Below, piece by piece: positions 50,741 to 63,597 of a stretch of 64,000 nt of DNA. A program made the position numbers and the translations under genes. Each line of letters opens with the position of its first letter. The first letter of the stretch is position 1. The notes beneath the pieces were generated by a model that worked only from the letters and a program-made list of their open reading frames with translations, made no database searches and was not told the origin of the DNA. Origin of the DNA: Octopus sinensis (Eukaryota); assembly GCF_006345805.1 (NCBI RefSeq), contig NC_043006.1:14322001-14386000 (forward strand). Reading direction: 5' to 3'.

Positions 50741-52951
50741 GTAAATTTTTGATTTTTATTTGAAATTGATACCTGGAGAGATTATTATTCTTTTAATTTC
50801 TTGTCTATATTTAATTGTAATTATAACAACACCCAGAATCCATGGAATCTTAGCAGCTTATAAATGCTTTTTTTTTTAAATTTCTATTTTGTTGCATAAA
50901 TTTATTGATCTTCATAGTATTGCGTTATTATGTTTAAAATGTCATGGCTGTGCCTTCGTTGTTCCACAGTTGAGGCTATTAGAAGTATTACACTCAAGCC
51001 CATTTTGTAACAAGCACAGTAATCATCATCATCATCATCATCATCATTTAATATCCGCTTTCCATGCTAGCATGGGTTGAACGATTTTGACTGAGGGCTG
51101 ACGAACCAGATGGCTGCACCAGGCCCCAATCTTGATCTGGCAGAGTTTCTACAGCTGGATGCTCTTCCTAACGCCAACCACTCTGAGAGTGTAGCGGGTG
51201 CTTTTTATGTGCCACCGGCACGGCGGCCAGTCAGGCAGTACTGGCAATGACCTCGCTCGAATCTTTTTACACATGCCACCGGCACAGGTGCCAGTAAGGC
51301 GACGTTGGTAATGATCACGCTTGAATGGTGCCCTTTTACATGCCACCGGCACAGAAGCCAGTTGGTTGCTCTGGCAATGATCACACTCGGATAGTGCTCT
51401 TGGCACCCTACTAGCATGGGCACAAGTGCCAGTAAGGCAATGCTGGTAACGATTACACTCGAATGGTGCCCTTTTATGTGCCACTGTCACGGAAGCCGGT
51501 TAGCCGCTCTGTCAATGATCACACTCGTATGATGCTCTTTGCACCTCGCTAGCATGGATGCCAGTCATCTGGAGGCATGTATGGTCAAGAAGTTCAATTT
51601 TCAACCACATTGCTCTGTTCTGCTGTGTAGTACCTCAGACAAGTATCTTTTACAATCACTCCAGGCTGACCATAGCTTTGTGAGTAGATTTGGTTTGATA
51701 GATGCTGAAAGAAGTCTGTTGTGTGTGAACACTTATGTGTCTTTGTCTTGATATCAGGTGGAAGATATAAATGAATACCTATTTCTTTACTACCCACGAG
51801 GGGCTAAACACAGAAGGGACAAACGAGGACAGACAAACGGATTAAGTCGATTATATTGGTCCCAATGCGTAACTGGTACTTATTTAATCGACCCCGAAAG
51901 GATGAAAGGCAAAGTCGACCTCGGCGGAATTTGGACTCGGAACGTAGCGGCAAACGAAATACTGCTAAGCATTTCGCCCGGCATGCTAACGTTTCTGCCA
52001 GCTCGCCGCCTTGATATAAATGAATACCACCTGTCATACAACCAGAGCCTTTCATTTCCAATCTTCCAACTATGGGAAAATATTATCTTGTTTGGAAACA
52101 GGTGAGAGTTGTTGGGAACAGGTGAGACATCCAACCATTGAGAATTTGCCTCAACAAATTCCCTTGATCCATCCAAGGTCATGGTTTCAATTCCTAGGCT
52201 GGGTGGTGCGCTGTATTCTTGAGCAAAGCACTTCATCTCGCGTTGCTCCGTAATCACTTTGACACCTGACATGTGGTACATAACGCACCTGTTCAGACAA
52301 CATTAATTTGATGGAGAGAGTGAGTTAATGTGCAGCATGAACATTTGAACACTACAAACAAATCATTTGTGCTGGTCGCTCAGCAAAAAGCAGAACACTC
52401 ATACATTGTCTTCGATGGGAGAGTCCATCATTATTATTATTATTATCATATAATAAAAGAAATCATTATTATCATTATTAAGGCAGTGAGCTGGCAGAAT
52501 CATTAGCATGCCAGGCAAAATGCTTAATGGCATTTCATCCATCTTTACATTCTGAGTTCAAATTCTGCTGTGGTCAATTTTGTCTTTCATCCTTTCAGGA
52601 TTCAAAAAATAGGTACCAGTTGAGTACTTATAATCAGTGTAATCAACTTACCGACTTCCCTGAAATTGCTGGCCTTGTGCCAAAATTTGAAATTATTATT
52701 AGTAGTAGTAGTAATAGTAGTAGTAGTAGTAGTAGTAGTAGGTGGCAAGGTGGCAGAATCGTTAGCATGCTGGACGAAATGCTTAGCAATATTTTGCCAG
52801 CCGCTACATTCTGAGTTCAAATTCCACCCAAGTCGACTTTGCTTTTCATCCTTGTGGGGTCGATAAAACAAGTACCAATTGAACACTGGGGTCAATGTAA
52901 CCAATTTATCCTCTCCCCCAAAATTGCTACCCTTGTGACAAAATTTGAAAC

Positions 52952-52986
<35 letters not shown>

Positions 52987-55900
52987 GCCGTGAGGAAATA
53001 TTACCTTGCTTAGAAACGGGTGAGGGTTGATGACAGAAATGAGATCTGATTGTAGAAAATTTGCCTCAATAAACTCCATCTGACCCATGCAAGCATGGAA
53101 AAATGGACGTTAAAATAAAATGAAATCTGTCAGTATGTGTGTTTGTGTCAGTGAATTTGTATTTCCATTCAACGTGTACACTAACGAATCAAAAGCACCA
53201 CTGTAAAGCCTGTAGGTGGTATTTTTTGTAGTCTACCATGAAATTATGTCTGGGCTGGATGTTGTTCAGTACACTGGGAGGTTATTATCTCCTTTTGATA
53301 CAAGTAAGGGGTTGGCACCAGGAAGTACATCTCGCCAGAGAGACTCTACCCAACATACTTTCGTCTGACCTTTGCAAGTGTAGAAAAGCAGATACTGAGG
53401 TGAAAACAATATCTGCCGAAGTCTGTCAACAGCAATTTTTTGCGGTGTCATATGAAAATATCCCAGCTATTTATGAGAAAAAAAGATACCCTGTGGCCAT
53501 ATACTGAGGGGTCACTCATAAACAGAGCTGGATAACAAAACCATTCACTCTTTAGTGTCCACCCATAATTATGACTCTAGTATTGATTTATTGCATTTCG
53601 ATCTGTGTTAGGGTTAAGGTTAGGATTAGGGGTGGGGGGAAAGGTATCTTTTTTTCTTCAGAAATATAAATAAACTCTATCTGTTTCTTAAACGAAGATA
53701 TAATATGTAATGTGTGCAACAGAGTGGAAAATTAAAACTGCATATGTTGTGAACTTAGAATATGTGTTTATTAATAAAAGTTTAATGACGATAATCTTAT
53801 ATTCATATGAACGTAACTGATATGAAATATGTCATAAATAACAGGGACAGTTTCATATGACACCACAAGAAATTGCTGTTGATACATTACGGCAGAAATC
53901 GTTTTCACCTCAATAGACGTCATTGATTGGTTGAAATTGCCGAAAATTAAGAAATTAAAGACCAAATATCTTACAAACTGCAGAATTTTCTCAAGAAAGC
54001 CAAGAGAAAAAGATGTTTTATAAACACATTCTACCAGTATACGAAGTTTTAAATTTTTTAGTTACATAGAAATTATTTTAAAGACCTGCCAGTCAAACTG
54101 AGAAGATCCACACCATCATGATTGTGATGATGATCAAAGGTGTGCAAATCTTGGCTATCTTTTATTTAAAAAAAAAAAAGCATAGTATATTATTATCCAC
54201 TCCATCTTTCCTCTTTCAAGACGGTATTATAGCATCAAGCCAACTAAAATCTTTTGAGTAGATTTAGTAGATGGAAATGAAAAGAAGCCCATTGTGTGTA
54301 TGTATGTACATTCTTTCGTTCATTTTGGCATTACAATGCTAATAACCAGGTGTTAGAACTCGATGTATGAAGCATCAGCCAAGTATAGAGCAGTAATACA
54401 AAATTTCCACTTCATATTTGAAGCTCTGATGAAGCTATGGGTTGATACTTAAACACTCAACTATGAGTGCTTTGCATCTTTTAGCAGAAACAGCTGTGAG
54501 CTAATGAAGTTCATAGCTTAATTGTTTATTCCTTTATCACCTCAAGTTCTTTATATATATATATAAATGGGGTGATGTTTGTGTGTCTGTGTTTGTCCTC
54601 CAGCACTGCTTGGCAACCAATGCTGGTGTGTTTACATCCCTGTAAGTTAGCAGTTTGGTAAAAAAAAGACCAACAGAATAAGTACCAGGCTTAAAAAACT
54701 AAGTACTGGGCTCGATTCATTCAACTAAAATTTTTCAAGGTGGTGCCCCAGCATGGCCACAGTGTAATGTCTAAAACAAGTAAAAGATAAAAGATTTAAA
54801 AGTAGGATGTGATTCGAAGGATAATTGATTGCTATTTCTTACAATTCAAATGACCATAGTGAAACTTCAGCATCCATTCATCAGATAATGTTATGGTTGA
54901 TGGGACATCACTCATTAGCTCAGTTAACCCAGTATAAACTGATTTGTAGCAGATGAAAGCTGGGTCACAGCTGTATATATTTAAATAATGTTAGTTATCT
55001 GTGGAATAGATGTTAGCTAGGACACAACTTTAACTCTATTTAGCTGTAAGTCTTAAATTAGCACCGTAAAGTGCAGTCACCAGTTTAAAAGCAAATATTA
55101 ATGATGGAAGCACTCCGTCGGTTACGACGACGAGGGTTCCGGTTGATCCGATCAACGGAACAGCCTGCTCGTGAAATTAACGTGCAAGTGGCTGAGCATT
55201 CCACAGACACGTGCACCCTTAGCGTAGTTCTCGGGGATATTCAGCATGACACAGAGAGTGACAAGGCCGGCCCTTTGAAATACAGGTACAACAGAAACAG
55301 GAAGTAAGAGTGAGAGAAAGTTGTGGTGAAAGAGTACAGCAGGGATCACCACCATCCCCTGCCGGAGCCTCGTGGAGCTTTTAGGTGTTTTCGCTCAATA
55401 AACACTCACAACGCCCGGTCTGGGAATCGAAACCGCGATCCTATGACCGCGAGTCCGCTGCCCTAACCACTGGGCCATTGCGCCTCCACTAAATATTAAT
55501 AGTAGTAATATGAACAGTAGTACTAAACAAATATCTTCCTGGTTGTGGATTCCAATGTAAATAATTGGTTGGAATGTTACTGGTACTCCCAACCACAATC
55601 TTAGTGAATAAATATTCTTTTCTACTCAAGACACAAAGCCTGAAATTTTAGGGGAAGCGGCCAGTTGATTAGATTGATCTCCAGCATCCAACTGGTACTT
55701 AATTTATTGACCCCGAAAGGATGAAAGGCAAAGTCAACCTCGGTTGAATATGAACCCAAAACGTAAAGACATGAAATACCTATTTCTTTACTACCCACAA
55801 AGGGGCTAAACACAGAGAGGACAGACAAACGGATTAAGTCGATTATATCGACCCCAGTGCGTAACTGGTACTCATTTAATCGACCCCGAAAGGATGAAAG

Positions 55901-56652
55901 GTAAAGTTGACCTTGGCGGAATTTGAACTCAGAACGTAGCGGCAGACGAAATACGGCTACACATTTCGCCCGGCGTGCTAACGTCTCTGCCAGCTCGCCG
56001 CCTTTAAAGACATGAAATACCGCTAAGCATTTCGCCTGGTCTGCTAACGTTTCTTATTTCTTTATTGCCCACAAGGGGCTAAACATAGAGGGGACAAACA
56101 AGGACAGACAAAAGGGACTAAGTCAATTACATCGACCCCAGTGCTTAACTGGTATTTAATTTACCGACCCCGAAAGGATGAAAAGGCAAAGTTAGCCTTG
56201 GCGGGATTTGAACTCAGAGCGTAACGGCAGACAAAACACCGCTAACATTTCTGCCAGCTCACCGCCTTCTTAGTGAATAAATATTGAATACATAGCTAAG
56301 AGTATATAAAAAAATACAAAAATCATAGAATTTCCTACATGTACAAAATATGCTTGAACTTGTTAAATATCTCAATCAATAGCAAAGACCATTGATTATT
56401 GAATACAACATTTGACCTGCATCACTTTTATTTGTTTTTTTTTTTAGGTGCAACTGTGACTGTGTGGTAAGAAGCTTGCTTCCAAACTACATGGTTCCAA
56501 GTTCAGTCCCACTGCATGGCTCCTTGGCAAGTGTCTTTTACTACAGCCTTGGGTTGACCGAAGCCTTGTGAGTGGATTTAGTAGACAGAAACTGAAAGAA
56601 GCCTGTTGTGTGTATATATATGCATACATACACACACACACACACATATATA

Positions 56653-56735
56653 CAGGAGTTGGACAAAATAATGGAAACACCTTAAAATTTCAAACAAATT
56701 TATTTTAATATGGGGTAGGACCGCCTCTGGCAGTG
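56653..56735 (+). mobile_element. Truncated Tc1-like terminus
   Basis: TA|CAGGAGTTGGACAAAATAATGGAAACACC resembles a Tc1 TIR. No partner end seen. Confidence 0.45.
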
Positions 56736-57439
56736 TTTTTGTCAAACAATTCAACGCCAGGATTTATTTTTAAGCCTAGTACTTATTTTATTGGTCTCTT
56801 TGACAAACTGCTAAGTTACGAGAGTGTAAACACACTAACATCAGTTGTCAAGTGATGATGGTGGGGTGGACAAACACAGACACAAACACACACACACACA
56901 CACATATATACATACATACATGCATGACAGGCTTTCAGTTTCCGTCTACCAAATCCACTCACAAGTCTTTGGTCAGCCCAAGGATATAGTAGAAGACACT
57001 TGCCCAAGATTCCACACGGTGGGACTGAACTTGGAACCATATGGTTGGGAAGCAAGCTTCTTAAAACAGCCATCCCTGCACCTAAAAGAATGTTCTTGGT
57101 TTTTTTTTCTCTTGATGGAAGGCACGAAAAGGGAAGAGCAGCCATGTTTTTCCTTAAGATCCTTTATTATTACCAGAATCTCCATGTACGGTTCCATTTC
57201 GGCTTTATTAGATTTATATAATATTGTTGTATTTTAGAATAGTCATTTTGCCTATAAAAATGCACACTTGTTTTACTTCTGTGTTATTATTATGAAACAA
57301 CTAGTTAATTAATTAACAAATTAACTAAATTAGTTGATTGATTAACTCATTCAATCAGTTTGTCAGTTTTTTCTTTGCCATTAGCACCCTCTTCAGCAGT
57401 TTGCCTTCTTGTGCCAAAGATATATAAAGCCTTTTAAAA

Positions 57440-57767
57440 ACCATCTGTTAACGGTGGGGACGCTGGCAACGGGTAGTGTCAGAGCTATGCCGTCGGGAAC
57501 TTCAGTTCCTGGTAGGGCCACCCAAAGCGGATTGGTCTGACACTGAGTGGTATTAGGGCCACTCCTCGGAGTGTCTGTTTCAGCAACCGGCGGCTCTTCG
57601 GTCGTTCTGTCCCTGCGTCTGCGGACAATCTGCAGCAAACAGGATGTCTCTACATGTGGGATTGTTGGGGACCGCTAGTGAAATCCACATATTCCCACGA
57701 AACTTCTTCCATGAGAAGAAGCCGGCTCAACCCACCCAGGGTGAATGTCGCCACAGGTAAGTAAGTA
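57440..57767 (+). mobile_element. Short GC-rich element ending in an RTE-type 3' terminus with a (GTAA)n tail
   Basis: The 3' end GAAGCCGGCTCAACCCACCCAGGGTGAATG matches the 3' end of the 37105 RTE. No ORF upstream. Confidence 0.55.
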
Positions 57768-57890
57768 TCTGTTAACATTTAGTCAGTGCTGTATCTAATT
57801 TTCCTTTGCTAACTCTAGTAATTGTAGGTCTGCTTTTTTTTAAATATTTTTTGCTCCTTTATTCTCTGTTTGCTTTCTTTTTTATTATAG

Positions 57891-57944
57891 CTTGCACGTG
57901 TTGAAATAGAAGCCATCGCTGTGTTAGCTAACAGTCAGTTGTAA
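57891..57944 (+). CDS. RIDA: RIDA exon 6 (LARVEIEAIAVLANSQL*)
   Basis: Polypyrimidine tract plus tag| acceptor, EIEA motif, TAA at 57942-57944. Joined CDS is 408 nt (135 aa), uninterrupted. Confidence 0.94.
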   Translation, partial: LARVEIEAIAVLANSQL

Positions 57945-58005
57945 CCTGGTGCTAATTGCCTAAAACTAAAATATTCACAGAGATTTCATACAATAGTTTT
58001 GATAT

Positions 58006-58011
58006 AATAAA
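58006..58011 (+). terminator. Candidate RIDA polyadenylation signal AATAAA
   Basis: 62 nt downstream of the stop codon, followed by a T/GT-rich stretch. Confidence 0.5.
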
Positions 58012-58464
58012 CTTGCAAAGAAATTCTATAAAATTGTGTGTTATTGTTATTTCTTAAAATGTGAAAAAAAAAAAAAAAAAACATATAATTTATTGCATCA
58101 AAGGTGCCACTGAAAAATCCTGATGGTCAGCTAACTGGACCATGTCACAAATGAAGAGATTCTGAGAGCAACAAGGTCAGAATCTCTGCAAGAGATGATA
58201 CCAGTGCCAGTTTCGCCTGACTGGTCAGGCACTCGCAAACAGCCATGATTTGGGTACCAACTGATGGCAAGCGTAAAAAGGGGCAATCCAAATATCACTT
58301 CACAGTAGACATTTCAAGAAGATCTGAAGACATTCAACATTACATCGAATGAATGTACAAGAGTAGCAACCAACTGAACCTGGTGAAGGAGGCTTGCCAC
58401 CCAATGTGCTGAGCAGTGCAACAGACCTAAGGCTAAAATACATACATACATATATATATATATA

Positions 58465-59405
58465 TCATCATCATCATCATCGTTTAACGTCCGCTTTCCA
58501 TGCTAGCATGGGTTGAACGGTTCAACTGGGGTCTGGGAAGCCCGAAGGCTGCACCAGGCCAGTCAGATCTGGCAGTGTTTCTACAGCTGGATGCCCTTCC
58601 TAACGCCAACCACTCCGTGAGTGTAGTGGGTGCTTTTTATGTGCCACCGACACAGGTGCCAGACGAGGCTGGCGAACGGATACGCTCGGATGGTGTTTTT
58701 TATGTGCCACCGACACAGGTGCCAGACGAGGCTGGCAAACGGCCACAATCGGATGGTGTTTATGTGCCCACAGCACGGAGGCCAGTTGATGCGTTACTGG
58801 CTACGGCCACGTTCGGATGGTTTTCTTATGTGTCACTGGCACTAGTACCACAAAAGTGCAAATTCCATTGATGTTCATCGATTTTGATTTGATTTTATTT
58901 TGATTTTGATTTTTGATTTTCACTTGCCTCAACAGGTCTTCACAAGTAGAGTTATGTGTCCCAAGAAGGAAGGTATGCACAGGTAGACTGACTACGTCCC
59001 AGGTAGGGGCCATGGGTTATGGCCTCATGTGTCCTGCCGGGTCTTCTCGCGCACAGCATACTTCCAAAGGTCTCGGTCTCTGGTCATTTCCTCGGTGAGA
59101 CCTAAAGCGCAAAGGTCGTTCTTCACCACCTCGTCCCAGGTTTTCCTGGGCCTACCTCTTCCACAGGTTCTCTCAACCGCTAGGGTGTGGCACTTTTTCA
59201 CACAACTATCTTCATCTATTCTTACTACATGTCCATACCAGTGTAGACACCTCTCTTGCACACCACATCTGATGCTTCTTAGGTCCAACTTTTCTATCAA
59301 GGCACTTACACTCTGTCGGGTATGAACACTGACATTACACATCCAACGGAGCATACTGGCTTCATTTCTTGCGAGCTTACACATATCCTCAGCAGTCACG
59401 GCCCA
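58465..59405 (-). mobile_element. 5'-truncated RTE LINE: ORF C-terminus (59025-59405), about 560-nt 3'UTR and (GAT)n tail
   Basis: EASMLRWMCNVS...RLHWYGHV.R...GRGRPRKTW is an RTE signature. The 3'UTR equals the abundant family-C repeat. Confidence 0.88.
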
Positions 59406-59412
59406 TGTATAT

Positions 59413-59453
<41 letters not shown>

Positions 59454-59994
59454 ATGGCGGTGCCCCAGCATGGCCACAGCTCATGAGCTGAAACTGGAAA
59501 AATCAAATATATATATATAGCATACATATAAGTGGGATGACCTGTAAGTGGACATCCATTATGCTAGAAGAAGATCCACTATGGTCTTACTACTAAGAAA
59601 GGAATGTTCTTAAGGAAATTTAGCAAATGCCAGAACGTAAGCAAGCAAGACAAATGAAAAGATACAAAATATAGATTAATCACAAACCCAGTTTTCGTTG
59701 TTATCGCTTACGTAATCATTTATGTAATTGTCCGCAACTTATCAGTATGATCATCTTTGCAAATATAATTTGCAGAACTATACACGAGGCATCCGCATGA
59801 GGTTGAACATGTATACGGTTCTACCAATTACGCTTGGGGTCACCTTTCAAAAGTCTTCGTTTTGGCATGCCAAACTGCCGGAAATAATTCTGCAGAAAAT
59901 AATTCTTTGCAGTGAATTTTGCCGGTTAGCTACTTAAATTTAAATTTAAAATATTATTATTTTAAATTTTCACCCTTATTATTTCAACTTGATT

Positions 59995-60720
59995 TCGAGC
60001 CGGGTCGTCTGCTGCTGGAGAGGACCGATCAGGTAAAGGACCTGGGTATCTTGGTGGATTCCTCCTTTTCGCCTTCGGCCCAGTGCGTCCATGCTGCCAA
60101 CAAAGCATGCGGAATTCTGTTCTTGATTCGACGGTCATTCAGAATGCTCACAGCATCCATATTCCTACCACTCTATGTCACGCTGGTGAGACCCATATTG
60201 GAGTATGGGATTCAAGCCTCTTCTCCTTATCTCCTCAAAGACATACAGCATCTCGAAAGAGTCCAGAAGCTGGCTACCCGCATGGTTCATGGTCTCAAAA
60301 ATTTGTCCTACGAAGAAAGGCTGAGGACGCTCGACCTTTATTCTCTTGAAAAACGCCGCCGCCGTGGTGATCTCATTCTCGCCCACAACATCATAAGCGG
60401 AAAGTGTAACCTCTCGAAAGAGCTGTTCTTCACTCCTGCTCCAGAGCGTCGGCTGCGGGGTCATTCCGAAAAGCTCTACCTGCGACGATTTCATCTCAAT
60501 CGAAGGAGAGGAGCTTTCTCCGTCCGGGTTGCGGATCCGTGGAACAAGCTGCCAGGCGAGATGGTGAAGATGCCGACGACCGCTTTGTTCAAAGCCTCCC
60601 TGGACCTCAAGTGGCCTGAACTCTTTACATGAACACCACCCTGTACTTAACTCCATGTCCCCCTACATGGCTTTGCTATTTGCTTTTGAGCCAAATTAAC
60701 TAACTAACTAACTAACAGAC
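59995..60720 (+). mobile_element. Young 5'-truncated CR1-clade LINE with an open ORF2 C-terminus and (TAAC)n tail
   Basis: KDLGILVD...LVRPILEY...LERVQKLATRM...RRRRGDLI...RGH..KL...FSVRV...WNKLP, no internal stops. Confidence 0.92.
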
Positions 60721-61212
60721 AGATAGATAGATAGATAGATAGATTGATTGATATTCCTTAATGTTAATTAGAATCATCTATCCACACATATTTGAAACTG
60801 TAAAATGGATGATAATAAATATTTGCATTTCATACAAATCGGTAATTTGCTGACTTTTCCAATGGTACGCATGCGTCGATGAATAGGTGAATGAGCAAAT
60901 CCAAGCTCCTTGGCTAGTTCCTCAACAGTCCACCAGGGTTTGCAGGACGTCCCCGCCTAGCTCTACAGAAAAAAAAAAATATGGGGGTGAGATTACATTA
61001 AGGAAATAATGGTATTCATAGATTTTCTTAAAAGTATGTACAGTCATAGGAGTGGCTGTGTGGTAAGTAGCTTGCTTACCAACCACATAGTTCCGGGGTT
61101 CAGTCCCACTGTGTGGCATCTTGGGCAAGTGTCTTCTACTGTAGCCTCCGGCCGACCAAAGCCTTGTGAGTGGACTTGGTAGCCGGAAACTGAAAGAGGC
61201 ATGTCATATATA

Positions 61213-61260
<48 letters not shown>

Positions 61261-61509
61261 CATGTGTGTATATGTTTGTGTCTGTGTTTGTCCCCCAACA
61301 TTGCTTGACAACCGATGCTGGTGTGTCTACGTCCCCGTAACTTAGCAGTTCAGCAAAAAAGACCGATAAAATAAGTACTAGGCTTACAAAGAATAAGTCC
61401 TGGGGACGATTTGTTTGACTAAAGCATGGCCACAGTCAAATTACTGAAACAAGTAAAAGAGTAAAGTCATGGTTGGAATGCCTTTGACTGTAAGTGTACA
61501 ATCAGACTG

Positions 61510-61892
61510 TGGAGGCGCAATGGCCCAGTGGTTAGGGCAGCGGACTCGCGGTTGTAGGATCGCGGTTTCAATTCCCAGACCGGGCGTTGTGAGTGCTTAT
61601 TGAGCGAAAACACCTAAAAGCTCCACGAGGCTCCGGCAGGGATGGTGGTGATCCCTGCTGTACTCTTTCACCACAACTTTCTCTCACTCTTACTTCCTGT
61701 TTCTGTTGTACCTGTATTTCAAAGGGCCGGCCTTATTACTCTCTGTGTCACGCTGAATATCCCCGAGAACTACGTTAAGGGTACACGTGTCTGTGGAGTG
61801 CTCAGTCACTTACATGTTAATTTCACAAGCAGGCTGTTCCGTTGATCGGATCAACTGGAACCCTCATCGTCGTAACCGACGGAGTGCTTCCA
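61510..61892 (+). mobile_element. tRNA-derived SINE family D; copies at 55101-55490 (-) and 20280-20583 (+)
   Basis: GGAGGCGCAATGGCCCAGTGGTTAG...GGTTTCGATTCC head. Copies 55101 and 61510 are nearly identical in reverse complement. Confidence 0.85.
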
Positions 61893-63030
61893 CCACCACA
61901 ATCAGACTTGATGTGGAACTACAGAACAAGAGATTCCACCTGTCTGTAAGAGGAAAAGCTTCCTCTTCTCTAAGACTGACCTTCTGTAGAACTAGAAATT
62001 TATCTGCCACTAGAGATAAACACTTTACTTCACACATGACAAAAAGAGTCTCTTACTGGACAGAAGGGAGTGGCAAATAAACATAGATTCCTTTTACTGA
62101 CAAGAATGAATTTCCACAATTAGAAATTTTAATAATGCCATTGCTTTATTTATTATCATTTTTTTTACTGTTGCATTGTATATTTTTTTGATTCAGAAGA
62201 ATGCTTGTCCTCAAAAGATTAAAAGTTATTTTTTTCCTTTAGTCCCATTATAATTCTATGACACTCCCAGTAAACTATGTCAGCTGTTCAACTGTAATAT
62301 CTCTATATATAAAGGTTCCTTTTTTTCACCATCATCATCATCATCATCATCATGTAACATACATTTTCCATGTATGTAAATATGTACATATACATGTATG
62401 TATATTATGTAGATAGGGTTAAAATCCAAGCTGCGTCCTCTTGAAGTACATCTGTTTATTTATGTATTCCTGGAAGGAAAATGAATGGGTTATTTCCCTT
62501 GGCTCTTAAAGGAAAATATGTTGATTATATATGTGGATCCCTTCTAGGGGCCCTGGTCATCCAATTATAAATTTTTATTAAACTTCATTGAGCATAGTAA
62601 CAAACTGGATGTTACATGAACATGTTTGCAAAGTTTCATGAAAATTCGTTAATGGGTGTAAATAGCAGCTTGACACAAACAGACAACTTGCATTTATATA
62701 TGTATAGATGGGATCTGAGAGATGGAAATGGTGAACCAGTTCACCATTACCATCTCTCGAGCTTACTGAATCTTCTCGTCAGTGGTGGAGGTTGACAGGT
62801 GTCCTGCTCCCTCTCTGTGTGTCAGGCTAGTGGAGCAGTCATGCTTACACTGTAAAACCAGAAAGAAAAATGGCATGATCAGACTCAAATTTCGATCACA
62901 TGACCACAGTAGTACAAACTATAAGCATGCATGCACAGAAGTCAATGTAACAATAATAAAGATATCTTATTGTGAAAGTGCAGATAATTTTTGACGTCTT
63001 CTCTTATATGTGTGTGTGTGTGTGTGTGTG

Positions 63031-63087
<57 letters not shown>

Positions 63088-63264
63088 ATATGTGTGTGTA
63101 TGTGTGCAGGAGTGGCTGTGTGGTAAGTAGCTTGCTTACCAACCACATGATTCCAGGTTCAGTCCCACTACATGGTGGGACCTTGGGTAAGTGTCTTCTA
63201 CTATAGCCTTGGGTCGACCAAACCCTTGTTAGTGGATTCGGTAGACAGAAACTGAAAGAAACCC

Positions 63265-63336
<72 letters not shown>

Positions 63337-63344
63337 TGGTGCAA

Positions 63345-63557
63345 ATGGGTTTTTTTTTATACAGTGTGCTGTATTTTACAATCCTGTAAATAATAATAAT
63401 GGTATTTTTGTATAAGCTTAAAGCTTATGGCCATCACCTAAGGAAATAGTCTAGACTAGTTTCCTTAGTCACTGTAAGCTTTAAGCTTATATAAAAATTT
63501 CATAATTATTATTATTTACAGAATTGTAAAATATGGCACCGTATAAAAAAACCATTC
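63345..63557. repeat. About 210-bp imperfect palindrome
   Basis: Centred on TAGTCTAGACTA (63447-63458). Confidence 0.85.
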
Positions 63558-63597
63558 ACATTGAAATCACATAGAAAGTTTGTTTACATAGAACAAA

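Noticed and set aside
51149-51570. CRISPR-like repeat/spacer pattern in family C
   Set aside because: Eukaryotic context; degenerate tandem units inside a LINE UTR without unique regular spacers; no cas genes.
58065-58081. A-run after RIDA as evidence of a processed pseudogene
   Set aside because: RIDA has five canonical introns; the A-run is genomic.
61510-61590. tRNA genes at SINE heads (families A, B, D, E, F)
   Set aside because: They have A/B boxes but no closed acceptor stem, and they continue into repeat bodies and tails.
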